Part shown: positions 55,840 to 64,000 of the stretch, piece by piece
Numbering within the stretch: position 1 is the first letter of the stretch
Layout: the number at the start of each line of letters is the position of its first letter
Assembly (NCBI GenBank): GCA_965242525.1
Contig: OZ251459.1
Span: 1,216,001-1,280,000, forward strand
Direction: 5' to 3'
DNA length: 64,000 nt
Source: an uncultured Candidatus Binatia bacterium
GTDB taxonomy: Bacteria > Desulfobacterota > Binatia > UBA9968 > JAJDTQ01
Notes under the pieces: generated by a model
Seen by the model: only the letters and a program-made list of their open reading frames with translations
Told to the model about the DNA's origin: nothing
Database searches by the model: none
Translations under genes and position numbers: made by a program

Positions 55840-56703
55840 CTAGCCCAACCGCAAGAGCACCATGCCGGCCATGATGGTCAGGCTGCCGGGCAGGATCGCG
55901 CGCACCCGGGCGCGCTCGTCGAACAACAGGTAGCCTGCGGCCAAGGCGAAGAGGATCTCGGTCTGCTTGACCGCCTCCACGTAGGAGGTGAGGGTCAACT
56001 CGTAGGCCAGGCTGTGGCAGATGCTCGCCAGCGAGGCGCACAGCCCCATGGCCATGAACGCGGAGCCGTGGCGCGGGATGGCCCGGAAGTGGCCCGCGGA
56101 CCGGTACAGCGCCAGCGGGAGCACCATGAGGGAGGCCGCCAGATAGCCCGCAAGGTTGGCGAAATAGACGTCCGAACGGAGGATCAGCAGCTTGATCAGC
56201 ACCACGGACGGGGCATAGAAGAAGGCCGCGGCCAGGGTGTAGCGCAGACCCCGGTCCACCAGCAGCTCGCGCAGCGGCGCCCATACCGAGATGCGGCTCT
56301 TGTGCACGTTGACGAGATAGACCCCGACGCCGCTCAGCAGCACGCCGGCCAAGCCCGCGGCCGACGGGGTCTCGTCCAGGGCCACGTAGGCGAAGAGCAC
56401 CAGGAACAGCAGGCTGAGTTTCCACAGGGACGTGACCACGGCGATGCCGGACAGCTTGAGGGCCTTGGAGAGGCTCAGGGTGGCAACGGACTGGATGACG
56501 CCGAAGCCCGCCGCGCAGAGCCAGAAGCCGTCCTCCACCTGGGGCGGACCGCGCCAAGCCGCGGCCATGGCCACGAACGGCAGCAGGAAGGTGAACCGCC
56601 CCCACACGTTGATCACGTCGTCGAGCTCGTGCCCCAGGTGCTTCATGGAGATGTTCCTGAGCACCTGGAACAGCGCCGACAGGAGCGCGAGCAGGAACCA
56701 CAT
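55840..56703 (-). CDS. EamA/DMT family transporter
   Basis: About 10 TMs in two repeats; L.ETPS..GL.G, LF.ER. Confidence 0.88.
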   Translation of the reverse strand: MWFLLALLSALFQVLRNISMKHLGHELDDVINVWGRFTFLLPFVAMAAAWRGPPQVEDGFWLCAAGFGVIQSVATLSLSKALKLSGIAVVTSLWKLSLLFLVLFAYVALDETPSAAGLAGVLLSGVGVYLVNVHKSRISVWAPLRELLVDRGLRYTLAAAFFYAPSVVLIKLLILRSDVYFANLAGYLAASLMVLPLALYRSAGHFRAIPRHGSAFMAMGLCASLASICHSLAYELTLTSYVEAVKQTEILFALAAGYLLFDERARVRAILPGSLTIMAGMVLLRLG

Positions 56704-56863
56704 GGGCAGGACAGGCTACCGTCCGAAGGACGAGAAAGCGAACGCGGCCCCGGGCCGTATCCCGATGAACTCCCCGGGACGCCCCGGAAAGGAGGGGGCG
56801 CGGTTGACACGCCTCGGCGTGAAGCGCTATCACGGGTTCAACTCCAACTCGAAAGGGAAACCG

Positions 56864-57568
56864 ATGGTTGACGAATTCGAAGACCACTGCTGGCAGGACC
56901 TCATCAGCCAGGAGATCATGGACATCTACAAACCCTACCGGAGGGAGCTCTACGTGGGCGAGCGGCCCGCCCTGTTGGCCATCGACCTCTACAACCTGGT
57001 CTATCGGGGCGGTCCGAAGCCGGTCCACGAGGTGGTCCGGGAACACCGGAGCGCCTGCGGCGTGCACGCCTACGACGCCATCGAGCCCACCCGGGAGCTT
57101 TTCGAGCTGGCCCGTTCCCAGGGGATCCAGGTCATCTACACCACCACGGAGACGCGCAAGGAGGTCCAGCCCGCGGCGGTTCACGCCACCAACCGGCAGG
57201 TCTCGGAACTGGACGCGGACGACTACGAGATCTACGAGGCGTTCGCGCCCGAGCCCGGAGACATCATCATCTACAAGGAGCGGGCCAGCGGCTTCTACGG
57301 CACCCCGCTGCTCGCCCACCTGACGAGGCTCGGTGTCAACTCGCTCATCGTTTGCGGCGAAAGCACCAGCGGCTGCGTCCGGGCGAGCGTGGTGGACGCC
57401 TACTCCAACGGCTACCACGTCTCGGTGGTGGAGGAATGCGTCTTCGACCGGAGCGTGGTTTCCCACAAGGTCAACCTCTTCGACCTGCACCACAAGTACG
57501 CGGACGTGATGAAGCTGGCCGAAGTCCGGGAGCACTTCGGACGGAAACCCCTCAAGGCCGCGGTCTGA
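56864..57568 (+). CDS. Isochorismatase/cysteine hydrolase family
   Basis: PALLAID, KERASGF.GT, GESTSGCVRAS (Asp-Lys-Cys triad); TTGACA-N18-TATCAC upstream (56804-56833). Confidence 0.92.
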   Translation: MVDEFEDHCWQDLISQEIMDIYKPYRRELYVGERPALLAIDLYNLVYRGGPKPVHEVVREHRSACGVHAYDAIEPTRELFELARSQGIQVIYTTTETRKEVQPAAVHATNRQVSELDADDYEIYEAFAPEPGDIIIYKERASGFYGTPLLAHLTRLGVNSLIVCGESTSGCVRASVVDAYSNGYHVSVVEECVFDRSVVSHKVNLFDLHHKYADVMKLAEVREHFGRKPLKAAV

Positions 57569-57722
57569 GGCCCCGGGCCGTGACCCGGGCACAGCGCCGC
57601 GCCCGGGGTCACGCCGATCCGGTCACGGTTTCCGCCTTTCGTATGTGGAGACCGATACATATTGGCTCTTCAGGGATTCGTGTGGGTAAGGCGAGAGGGA
57701 AAAGGATCGACAGGGGTCAGGC

Positions 57723-57865
57723 CGTCATTCCCGCGAAAGCGGGAATCCATCCAGTTTCCTTGCTCTCTTTGTAGAAACGTCTCATACAGGGAACCCATGG
57801 GTTTGCTCGCAGGGTTTGGATTCCCGCCCCCGCTTCCGCGAGGACATGCTTTCGCGGGAATGACG
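57723..57865. repeat. dRS3-like REPIN element, inverted copy of 30665-30783
   Basis: Same 27-bp terminal repeats and homologous spacer (gcgagcaa...catggg...ctgtatgaga...gaaactgga); one arm has a nested extra palindrome. Confidence 0.85.
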
Positions 57866-57912
57866 GATGGGGAGCATCACAACCCGCACGAATTCCGGAA
57901 GCGCCCAAATTA

Positions 57913-59028
57913 CTATGCAGGACCACGGACGGGTTCGATATTCTTCAGTACCAGAGAACCTCGTTCACGAAACGCTGTCACCAGGACTTCATCGAGCCAA
58001 TGGGGCTTCACGATGTCGTCCATCCCAAGCGGCACGCGCACTTGGTGGGCGTGTCCCTCGGAGTCCACGATGCGAACCAGTTCCATCTTCTTGGTGGCGT
58101 CCGCCCATCGAAGACTCCCCTGTATCCGAACCAGGTCTTCCGAATCGTGCACGGGCTTTTCGCCACCTGCCTCGGGCGCCTTCGATACCGACTTGACCTC
58201 AATGTGCCGGGGGGTTCTTCCGAAGAAAGATGAGAGTCCGACCCAACGCACGGAGTCGCCGTCGGGCGCGATCTTTCGAGCCAGAGCGATGAAGTTGGCG
58301 GTATAGGCAGGAGTGCCAATGTGTTCAGAGAGTCCACTCTCACCGGCCGACGCCAACAGATCGAAACACTCGAATACTTCCCTCACCACGGATTCGGACT
58401 TGACCATGCCTGGCAGACTCATCTGTTTCGGTTCCCCTATGCAGATGGAAATTGCGAAGCTGCCGGCCCTGGGTTCACCCACGAACATCTCGTAATCCTG
58501 TTCGATCTTCTGCTGTCGCCTGCCACGGGTACGGTACTCTACCCCGGCCTGACGCTCCGCGGTACGGAATGCCAGAATCTGCAACCCTTCCAGGCGTGGG
58601 ATTATCACACTGCTTGGCGCAATCCCCGCAGCTATCGCGGGTCCGGCCAGGGACATCTGAACCTCATGAGGCTGGAGTGCAATGCCTCGCGTGGCGAGGT
58701 GCCTCCGAAATTGCTCCTCTTCCACTATGTCGTGCAGTTCGTCGGCGATTTCCTTCGGAGGAGATCCTGCCAAACCCTGAAAAGCCAATCGCCTTGCCTC
58801 TTCCGTTTCACCACACTCGAGGGCCAGGGCGGCGGCGCTTCGGAACAGGACGGAACGCGTCGGTTCCGCTTGAAATTCCTGAAGGAGGCCGTACGCCGCT
58901 TCACGCTCCAATTCCAGGGCGCGGCGCATCAACTCCGCCATCTCGGCTTCCTTACCCTCCGAACGGGCGATCCTTGCCCGTTCGGCATGGTGCATGGCCT
59001 CGCGATGAGTGAGTACGGACGTCTCCAT
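57913..59028 (-). CDS. Hypothetical 371-aa protein (helical N-domain, OB-like C-terminus), lower GC
   Basis: Long ORF with codon usage unlike the host genes; EPTRSVLFRSAAALAL helical motif; begins 4 nt after the upstream amidohydrolase stop. Confidence 0.8.
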   Translation of the reverse strand: METSVLTHREAMHHAERARIARSEGKEAEMAELMRRALELEREAAYGLLQEFQAEPTRSVLFRSAAALALECGETEEARRLAFQGLAGSPPKEIADELHDIVEEEQFRRHLATRGIALQPHEVQMSLAGPAIAAGIAPSSVIIPRLEGLQILAFRTAERQAGVEYRTRGRRQQKIEQDYEMFVGEPRAGSFAISICIGEPKQMSLPGMVKSESVVREVFECFDLLASAGESGLSEHIGTPAYTANFIALARKIAPDGDSVRWVGLSSFFGRTPRHIEVKSVSKAPEAGGEKPVHDSEDLVRIQGSLRWADATKKMELVRIVDSEGHAHQVRVPLGMDDIVKPHWLDEVLVTAFRERGSLVLKNIEPVRGPA

Positions 59029-59032
59029 CCTG

Positions 59033-60166
59033 TCAGTCTGCGGGCAGGTTGTACAGCCGCGCGCTGTTGTCCCAGAAGATCTTGCGGCGGGAGGAGTCGC
59101 CGAGCTCGTCGATCCGGAGGAAACTGTCCACCGCTTCCGGCCACCGGGAGTCCGCGTGGGGATAGTCCGTGGAGATGACGATGTTGTCGTCCCCGAGCCT
59201 GCGCACCACGTCCACCACCAGGTCCTCCTCCACGTCCGCGGCGATGTAGCATTGGCGCAGGAAATACTCGCTGGGGTTCAGCGAGAGCGGGGTATCGCAA
59301 AGGTCCTTGCGCATCTCCCAGCGCTCGTCCAGGCGGTACAGCGCCCAGGGCAGCCAACTGCAATTGCCCTCCAGGAAGGCCACCCTCAAGCCCGGGAACC
59401 GCTCCAGCACCCCTCCGGCGCAGAAACTCCCCACCGCGAGCATGAGCTCCACCGGGTTGCGGTAGGCGTTGAGCAGCACGCCTTCGTTGGGGCGGCCCCT
59501 GAACCGTTGCGCCACCTGGTCCATGCGGGGGTTGGCCGCGGGATGGAAGCAGACGGGCACGTCCAGACGCTCGGCCTCGCGCCACAGGGGGTCGAAACAG
59601 GGTTCGTGGATGTGGCGGCCGTTGGCCGGCTCGGGCACCAGGCACAGTCCGACGGCGCCGAGCCCGGTGACCGCGCGGCGGGCCTCGTCCACGGCCAGGT
59701 CCACGTCGTGGAGCGTGATGAGCGCCGAAGGCTTCAGCCGCTCGGGGCTCTCCTTGCAGAAGTCCGCCACCCAGTCGTTCCAGGCGCGGCAGAGGGCGTT
59801 GGCGTACTCCGGCTCCAGCCGGTCGTCGCAGTGCAGCGGAAAGGTGCGGAACAACACCGCCACGTCCAGGCCTTCGGCGTCCATGGCCTCCACCTGGGAC
59901 ACCGCGTCGTAGTCTCGCGCCAGGGGCCGGGCGTAACGATGGGCCACCTTGTCTTCGCCCGGGGTCACGTTGGGGCGGGTCGATAGCCCCGATTCCCGCA
60001 CCGGGGCGCCATCGCCGAACCGGAACTTGACCTGTCCGTGGCGCGTCCTCGGCTCCCCTCTGGGGATGCGGTCGCCCCACTTGGGGTCCATGCGCATCAG
60101 GTAGAGGTCATGGGGCTCGAACACGTGCATGTCGCTGTCGAAGATCCTGAAGCCGTTCCGCGCCAT
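59033..60166 (-). CDS. Amidohydrolase_2 family protein
   Basis: DSDMHV.EP, MD.EGLD.AVLF, GGVLERFP.L, STDYPH.D. Confidence 0.92.
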   Translation of the reverse strand: MARNGFRIFDSDMHVFEPHDLYLMRMDPKWGDRIPRGEPRTRHGQVKFRFGDGAPVRESGLSTRPNVTPGEDKVAHRYARPLARDYDAVSQVEAMDAEGLDVAVLFRTFPLHCDDRLEPEYANALCRAWNDWVADFCKESPERLKPSALITLHDVDLAVDEARRAVTGLGAVGLCLVPEPANGRHIHEPCFDPLWREAERLDVPVCFHPAANPRMDQVAQRFRGRPNEGVLLNAYRNPVELMLAVGSFCAGGVLERFPGLRVAFLEGNCSWLPWALYRLDERWEMRKDLCDTPLSLNPSEYFLRQCYIAADVEEDLVVDVVRRLGDDNIVISTDYPHADSRWPEAVDSFLRIDELGDSSRRKIFWDNSARLYNLPAD

Positions 60167-60249
60167 GTGTCGGACTCCTCTCTCGTTGGTTGCAACCGGT
60201 TCCTGACGGCAGGTTCGCGGGCCGCCGCAAGGTCAGACCGCTCCTCCTG

Positions 60250-61431
60250 TCAGACCGCCCCGCCTTCTTCGAGCGCCTGGACCTGCTGCCGGCTGAAGCC
60301 CAGCTCCCGGAGGATCTCCGCGGTGTGTTCTCCCAACTCCGGGGGAAGCGCCGACACCCGGAACGGGGTGTCGCTCAGGTTGACGCCGCTCCTGACCGTG
60401 TGGACCGGGCCGTGCCGCGGATGCTCCAGCTCCATGACCGGGTCCAGGTGTTTCACCTGGGGGTCGTCGAACACCTCGTCCAGGCGGTTGATGGGCGCGG
60501 CGGCCACGTCGTGGCGGCCCAGCGTCTCCAGCCAGTGCTCCCTGGGCCGGGTCCGGACGATCTCCTGCAGCGCGGCCTTGAGCGCGTCGTAATGCTCCAG
60601 GCGGTCCTCGCGGCCGCGGAACCGTGGGTCTTCCGCCATCTCCGGGCGCTCGACGGCCTCGGTCAGGCTCACGAAGAACTTGTCCAGGTGGGAGAGGTGG
60701 ATGACGAACGGGAGTCCGTCCCCCGCCAGGAGCGCGAAGACCCCGGCCTGGCGCGGCCGGCTCTCCACGTCCGGCACGACCCCGGTGGCGCGGTACTGGA
60801 CGATGCTCCGACCGATGAACGCCATGGACGCCTCCAACAGGGACGTCTCCACCTTCTGGCCCTTGCCGGTCCGTTCCCGGGCCATCAACGCCGTCAGCAC
60901 GCCGTAGCAGGCGAACATGCCCCCCAGGTGGTCCGAGAAGGCCAGTCCCGGCCCCGCGGGCGCCCTGGGGTCGATGAGCTGGCTCCACAGGCCGCTCAGG
61001 CACTGTCCGATGGTGTCGAAGCCCGGCTTCTCGCGGTACGGCCCGGTCTGCCCGAAGGCCGATATGGCGCAATACACCAGCCGCGGGTTCCTCTCCGCGA
61101 GCCGCTCGTAACCGATGCCCAGCCGCTCCATCACCCCGGGACGGAAGTTCTCCAGCACCACGTCGGCGTCCCCGGCCATGCGGAGGAACACCTCCCTGCC
61201 CCCGGGCTCGCGCAGGTTCAGGGTCATGCTGCGCTTGTTGCGGTTGTAGCTGCGGAACAGCGGGCTGTACATGCGCGGCTCCCTGCCCCATTTGCGGAAG
61301 GGGTCGCCGCCGCGGGGGTTCTCGACCTTGACCACCCCCGCTCCCATGTCGCCCAACAGCATGGCCGCGAACGGCCCCGCGATGTAGCTGCTGAGGTCGA
61401 GCACCCTGATGCCGTCCAGCGCCTGCGCCAT
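60250..61431 (-). CDS. CoA-transferase family III (CaiB/BaiF)
   Basis: LDGIRVLDL, AGP, NRNKRS, ENFRPG, catalytic Asp in FSDHLGG, PPELGEHT. Confidence 0.93.
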   Translation of the reverse strand: MAQALDGIRVLDLSSYIAGPFAAMLLGDMGAGVVKVENPRGGDPFRKWGREPRMYSPLFRSYNRNKRSMTLNLREPGGREVFLRMAGDADVVLENFRPGVMERLGIGYERLAERNPRLVYCAISAFGQTGPYREKPGFDTIGQCLSGLWSQLIDPRAPAGPGLAFSDHLGGMFACYGVLTALMARERTGKGQKVETSLLEASMAFIGRSIVQYRATGVVPDVESRPRQAGVFALLAGDGLPFVIHLSHLDKFFVSLTEAVERPEMAEDPRFRGREDRLEHYDALKAALQEIVRTRPREHWLETLGRHDVAAAPINRLDEVFDDPQVKHLDPVMELEHPRHGPVHTVRSGVNLSDTPFRVSALPPELGEHTAEILRELGFSRQQVQALEEGGAV

Positions 61432-61466
61432 GCGTTCCGTCCTCCCCGGGGATTGCGCCCGTTCCC

Positions 61467-61493
61467 CCTGTCCCGATCGTCCGGAGTTTCCTT
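61467..61493. repeat. MITE right-end remnant
   Basis: 22/27 nt identical to 54794-54820. Confidence 0.55.
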
Positions 61494-61582
61494 TATAGGG
61501 GTCCCCCGGCAGGCGAGTCAAAGCGCCCGCAACCCGGACCGCCGCGGCCCGGTTTGACACCCGACCCCGGCAACGGTATTCG
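61492..61582. promoter_or_regulatory. Divergent sigma70-like promoters
   Basis: Minus strand TTGACT-N18-TATAAA (61521-61492); plus strand TTGACA-N17-TATTCG (61554-61582). Confidence 0.55.
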
Positions 61583-61588
61583 ACTTGG

Positions 61589-61720
61589 GGGAAACGCTGG
61601 ACAATCGAGCCGCGGACGGAGGGTATTCCCTCACGTGACCTTCCTGTCCCCGTTCGTCCTGAGCGTAGCGGAGCGAAGTCGAAGGGCGCTGCTCTTCCTC
61701 CGGGATCGTTCGGAGTTCCC
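61589..61720. mobile_element. Degenerate 132-bp MITE with internal REP unit
   Basis: Collinear with 54686-54818; ends GGGAAACGCTGGACAAT and ATCGTTCGGAGTTCCC; TTGG on both flanks. Confidence 0.72.
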
Positions 61721-61753
61721 TTGGACAGCCAACCGCGACGGGGAGGGATTCCC

Positions 61754-62890
61754 ATGAAGAACGGACTCAGGATCATCGACTCCGACATGCACATCATGGA
61801 GCCGCCGGACCTTTGGGACGTCTACGTGGAGGCGCCCTACAAGCAGCACGCCCCGAGGGTCGTCAACGTGCCGAGCCGGGGCGACTTCAACCTGCTGCTG
61901 CTGGACGGCAAGGAGCCCCGGGCCAAGAGCCCTGCCCTAGCCGCGGACGCGCGCATGATCGGCAAGCGGCGCCAGTCCACGCGACAGGACGAAATCGCCT
62001 TCGCCCGCGCCCGGGGCTTCGACTCCAGGTCCCAGATCGAAGCCATGGAGATCGAGGGGCTGGACGTGGCGGTGCTGTTCCCCACCGCGTGCCTGCACGT
62101 CATGACCGTGCCGGACATGGACCCGCTGCTGGCCGAGGCCATCTGCCGGGCCTACAACAACTGGCTCTACGACTTCTGCCAGGAAGACCCGGCGCGCCTC
62201 AAGGGGGCCGCGCTGCTGCCGCCCCACGACGTCTCGCTGGCGGTGCGCGAGGCCCGGCGCGCGGTGAAGGAGCTGGGCTTCGTCACCGCGTTCCTGCGGG
62301 CCACTCCCCTGCCCGGCCACACCTGGTTCAGCCTCTACTGGGAGCCCCTGTGGGCCGAGCTCGAAGAGCTGGGCATCCCCGTGGGCTTCCACGAATGCAC
62401 CAACTCGGGCGACTACCCCCACATCGAGCGCTTCGGCCAGAACAACCGCCTCATGCGCCACATATGCAGCCACGTCACCGGACAGATGGTGACCATGGTC
62501 GATATCATCGTCGGCGGCGTGCTCGAGCGCTTTCCCCGGCTCAAGGCGGCGTTCCTGGAATGCAACTGCGGCTGGGCGCCGTCGTGGCTGAGCCGCATGG
62601 ACACCCACTGGAGCCAGTTGGGCGCCGCGGACGCGCCCATGCTCACCCAAAAGCCCAGCGAGTACTTCCGGCGCCAGTGCGTCATCGGGTGCGAGGGCGA
62701 AGAGCGGGAGGTGGGCGCCGTCATCCAGCTCATGGGCGACGACAACATCGTCTTCTCCACCGACTACCCCCACAGCGATTCCGAGTTTCCCCACGCGGTG
62801 GACGCCTTCCTGCAGCAGGAACTCCCGGTGGAGAACGCCCGCAAGATACTGTGGGACAACTGCGCCAGGTTCTACGGCATCGAAACGTGA
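61754..62890 (+). CDS. Amidohydrolase_2 family protein
   Basis: MKNGLRIIDSDMH, GGVLERFPRL, STDYPHSD, ILWDNCAR. Confidence 0.92.
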   Translation: MKNGLRIIDSDMHIMEPPDLWDVYVEAPYKQHAPRVVNVPSRGDFNLLLLDGKEPRAKSPALAADARMIGKRRQSTRQDEIAFARARGFDSRSQIEAMEIEGLDVAVLFPTACLHVMTVPDMDPLLAEAICRAYNNWLYDFCQEDPARLKGAALLPPHDVSLAVREARRAVKELGFVTAFLRATPLPGHTWFSLYWEPLWAELEELGIPVGFHECTNSGDYPHIERFGQNNRLMRHICSHVTGQMVTMVDIIVGGVLERFPRLKAAFLECNCGWAPSWLSRMDTHWSQLGAADAPMLTQKPSEYFRRQCVIGCEGEEREVGAVIQLMGDDNIVFSTDYPHSDSEFPHAVDAFLQQELPVENARKILWDNCARFYGIET

Positions 62891-62906
62891 GGACCGGAGC
62901 CGCCCC

Positions 62907-64000
62907 TCAGAGGTCGTACAAGCGCGCGCAGTTGTCCCACAGTATCTTCTTCTTGGTCTCCCGGGAGACGCCTTCGACTTCCAGGAACTCTTCCACCGCC
63001 TGGGGGAAGTCCGAGTCGCCGTGGGGGTAGTCGGTGGAGAAGACGATGTTGTCGTCGCCGATGAGCTCGGCCACCATGGCCAACTCCTTCTCGGACTCGG
63101 TGGAGATCCAGCACTGCCGCTGGAAGAACTCGCTCGGCTTCAGCTCCGAGACCTTCGCGTGCCGGGCCTTCTCCACCGCGCCGTCCATGCGGTGCAGCAG
63201 GAACGAGACCCAGCCGCAGTAGCATTCGAGGAACGCCACCTTGAGCCGGGGGTGGCGCTCCAGCACCCCGCCGCCGATGACGTCGATCATGGCCATCATG
63301 TTGGACAGGGGATGCTCGCAGATGTGGCGCAGCAGCAGGTCGTCGCCGAACAGGTCGCCCATCTGCCTCACCTCGCCAGCGGAAGCCGCGGAATGGAAGC
63401 CCATGGGGACGCCCAACTCCTCCAGGGTGGACCACAGGGTGTCGTAGTAGCGCGAATGCCAGGGCATGGAGCGCAGCGGCTCGGGACGGGCGAACACGGC
63501 CACGAAGCCCAGGTCCTCCACTGCGCGCCGGGCCTCCCGGGCCGCCTCGGTGACGTCATGGAGCGAGATCATGGCGGCGCCCTTCATGCGCCCGGGGTCG
63601 GTCCGGCAGAAGTCGTGGAGCCAGTTGTTGTAGGCCCGGGCCACCGCGGCCCCGAGGGCAGGATCCAGGTCGTCGCGCATCAGGACGCCCAGGCCGATGG
63701 ACGGGTACATGACGGCCAAGTCCAACCCTTCCTTCTCCATGGCGTCGAGCTGCGAGACGCCGTCGAAGCCACGGGCGCGGGCTCCGGCGATCTCCGCGTC
63801 GATGCGCGCGGCGTCGAATATGCCGCCGCGGTAGGACGGCGGGTAGCCCTTGAGGATCTTCCCGTCCAGCATGACCATGGCCGAGCTGCGGGTGGCCGCG
63901 CTCAGTATCCTGGGCGCCCGGCCGCGCCACTCGGGCTCCATGTACTTCTCCCACAGGTCCGCGGGCTCGCGCACGTGCATGTCCGAGTCCATGATCCTCA
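62907..64000 (-). CDS. Amidohydrolase_2 family protein (start just outside window)
   Basis: RIMDSDMHVREP at the window edge; GGVLERHP, STDYPHGD, ILWDNCARLY. Confidence 0.92.
   Translation of the reverse strand, partial: RIMDSDMHVREPADLWEKYMEPEWRGRAPRILSAATRSSAMVMLDGKILKGYPPSYRGGIFDAARIDAEIAGARARGFDGVSQLDAMEKEGLDLAVMYPSIGLGVLMRDDLDPALGAAVARAYNNWLHDFCRTDPGRMKGAAMISLHDVTEAAREARRAVEDLGFVAVFARPEPLRSMPWHSRYYDTLWSTLEELGVPMGFHSAASAGEVRQMGDLFGDDLLLRHICEHPLSNMMAMIDVIGGGVLERHPRLKVAFLECYCGWVSFLLHRMDGAVEKARHAKVSELKPSEFFQRQCWISTESEKELAMVAELIGDDNIVFSTDYPHGDSDFPQAVEEFLEVEGVSRETKKKILWDNCARLYDL

Noticed and set aside
55791-56703. Programmed amber read-through (pyrrolysine) fusing EamA to the nuclease
   Set aside because: In-frame juxtaposition has a one-in-three prior, the junction is an island border, and no pyl genes are in the window.
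57600-57720. AT-richer stretch before the REPIN
   Set aside because: No credible ORF or repeat; possibly a remnant, but unsupported.

Overview
High-GC bacterial chromosome segment. Gene order (response-regulator-like ORF-valS-birA-coaX-fusA2; icd-mdh-sucC-sucD-ndk) and a large set of catabolic paralogues suggest a deltaproteobacteria-like lineage, possibly Binatota-type; this is inference only. The backbone is housekeeping: TCA genes, a complete System I cytochrome c maturation operon (ccmABCDEFGH, including a ccmD missed by the ORF track), valS, cysS, ispG, dus, maf, prc/tsp, tRNA-Leu(CAG) and tRNA-Arg(TCG). Catabolic genes of unknown substrate are interspersed: four amidohydrolase_2 paralogues, three tandem ornithine cyclodeaminase/mu-crystallin paralogues, and UbiD plus a Mo-hydroxylase trimer. 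There are five small visibly lower-GC inserts (a HigBA-like TA pair, a Cys-repeat lipoprotein, a decayed gene pair, a three-gene island with a PD-(D/E)XK nuclease, and a 371-aa orphan). No CRISPR array, integrase or transposase was seen. The best leads are: (1) a homoserine-kinase-fold pseudokinase with both catalytic Asp changed to Asn, paired with a Ser/Thr phosphatase behind a sigma54 promoter with an IHF site and two palindromes; (2) a MITE family with IS5-like terminal repeats carrying interchangeable REP cargo; (3) dRS3-like palindromes or half-sites at the 3' edge of several foreign gene cassettes, with a 17-bp inverted repeat bracketing the nuclease island.
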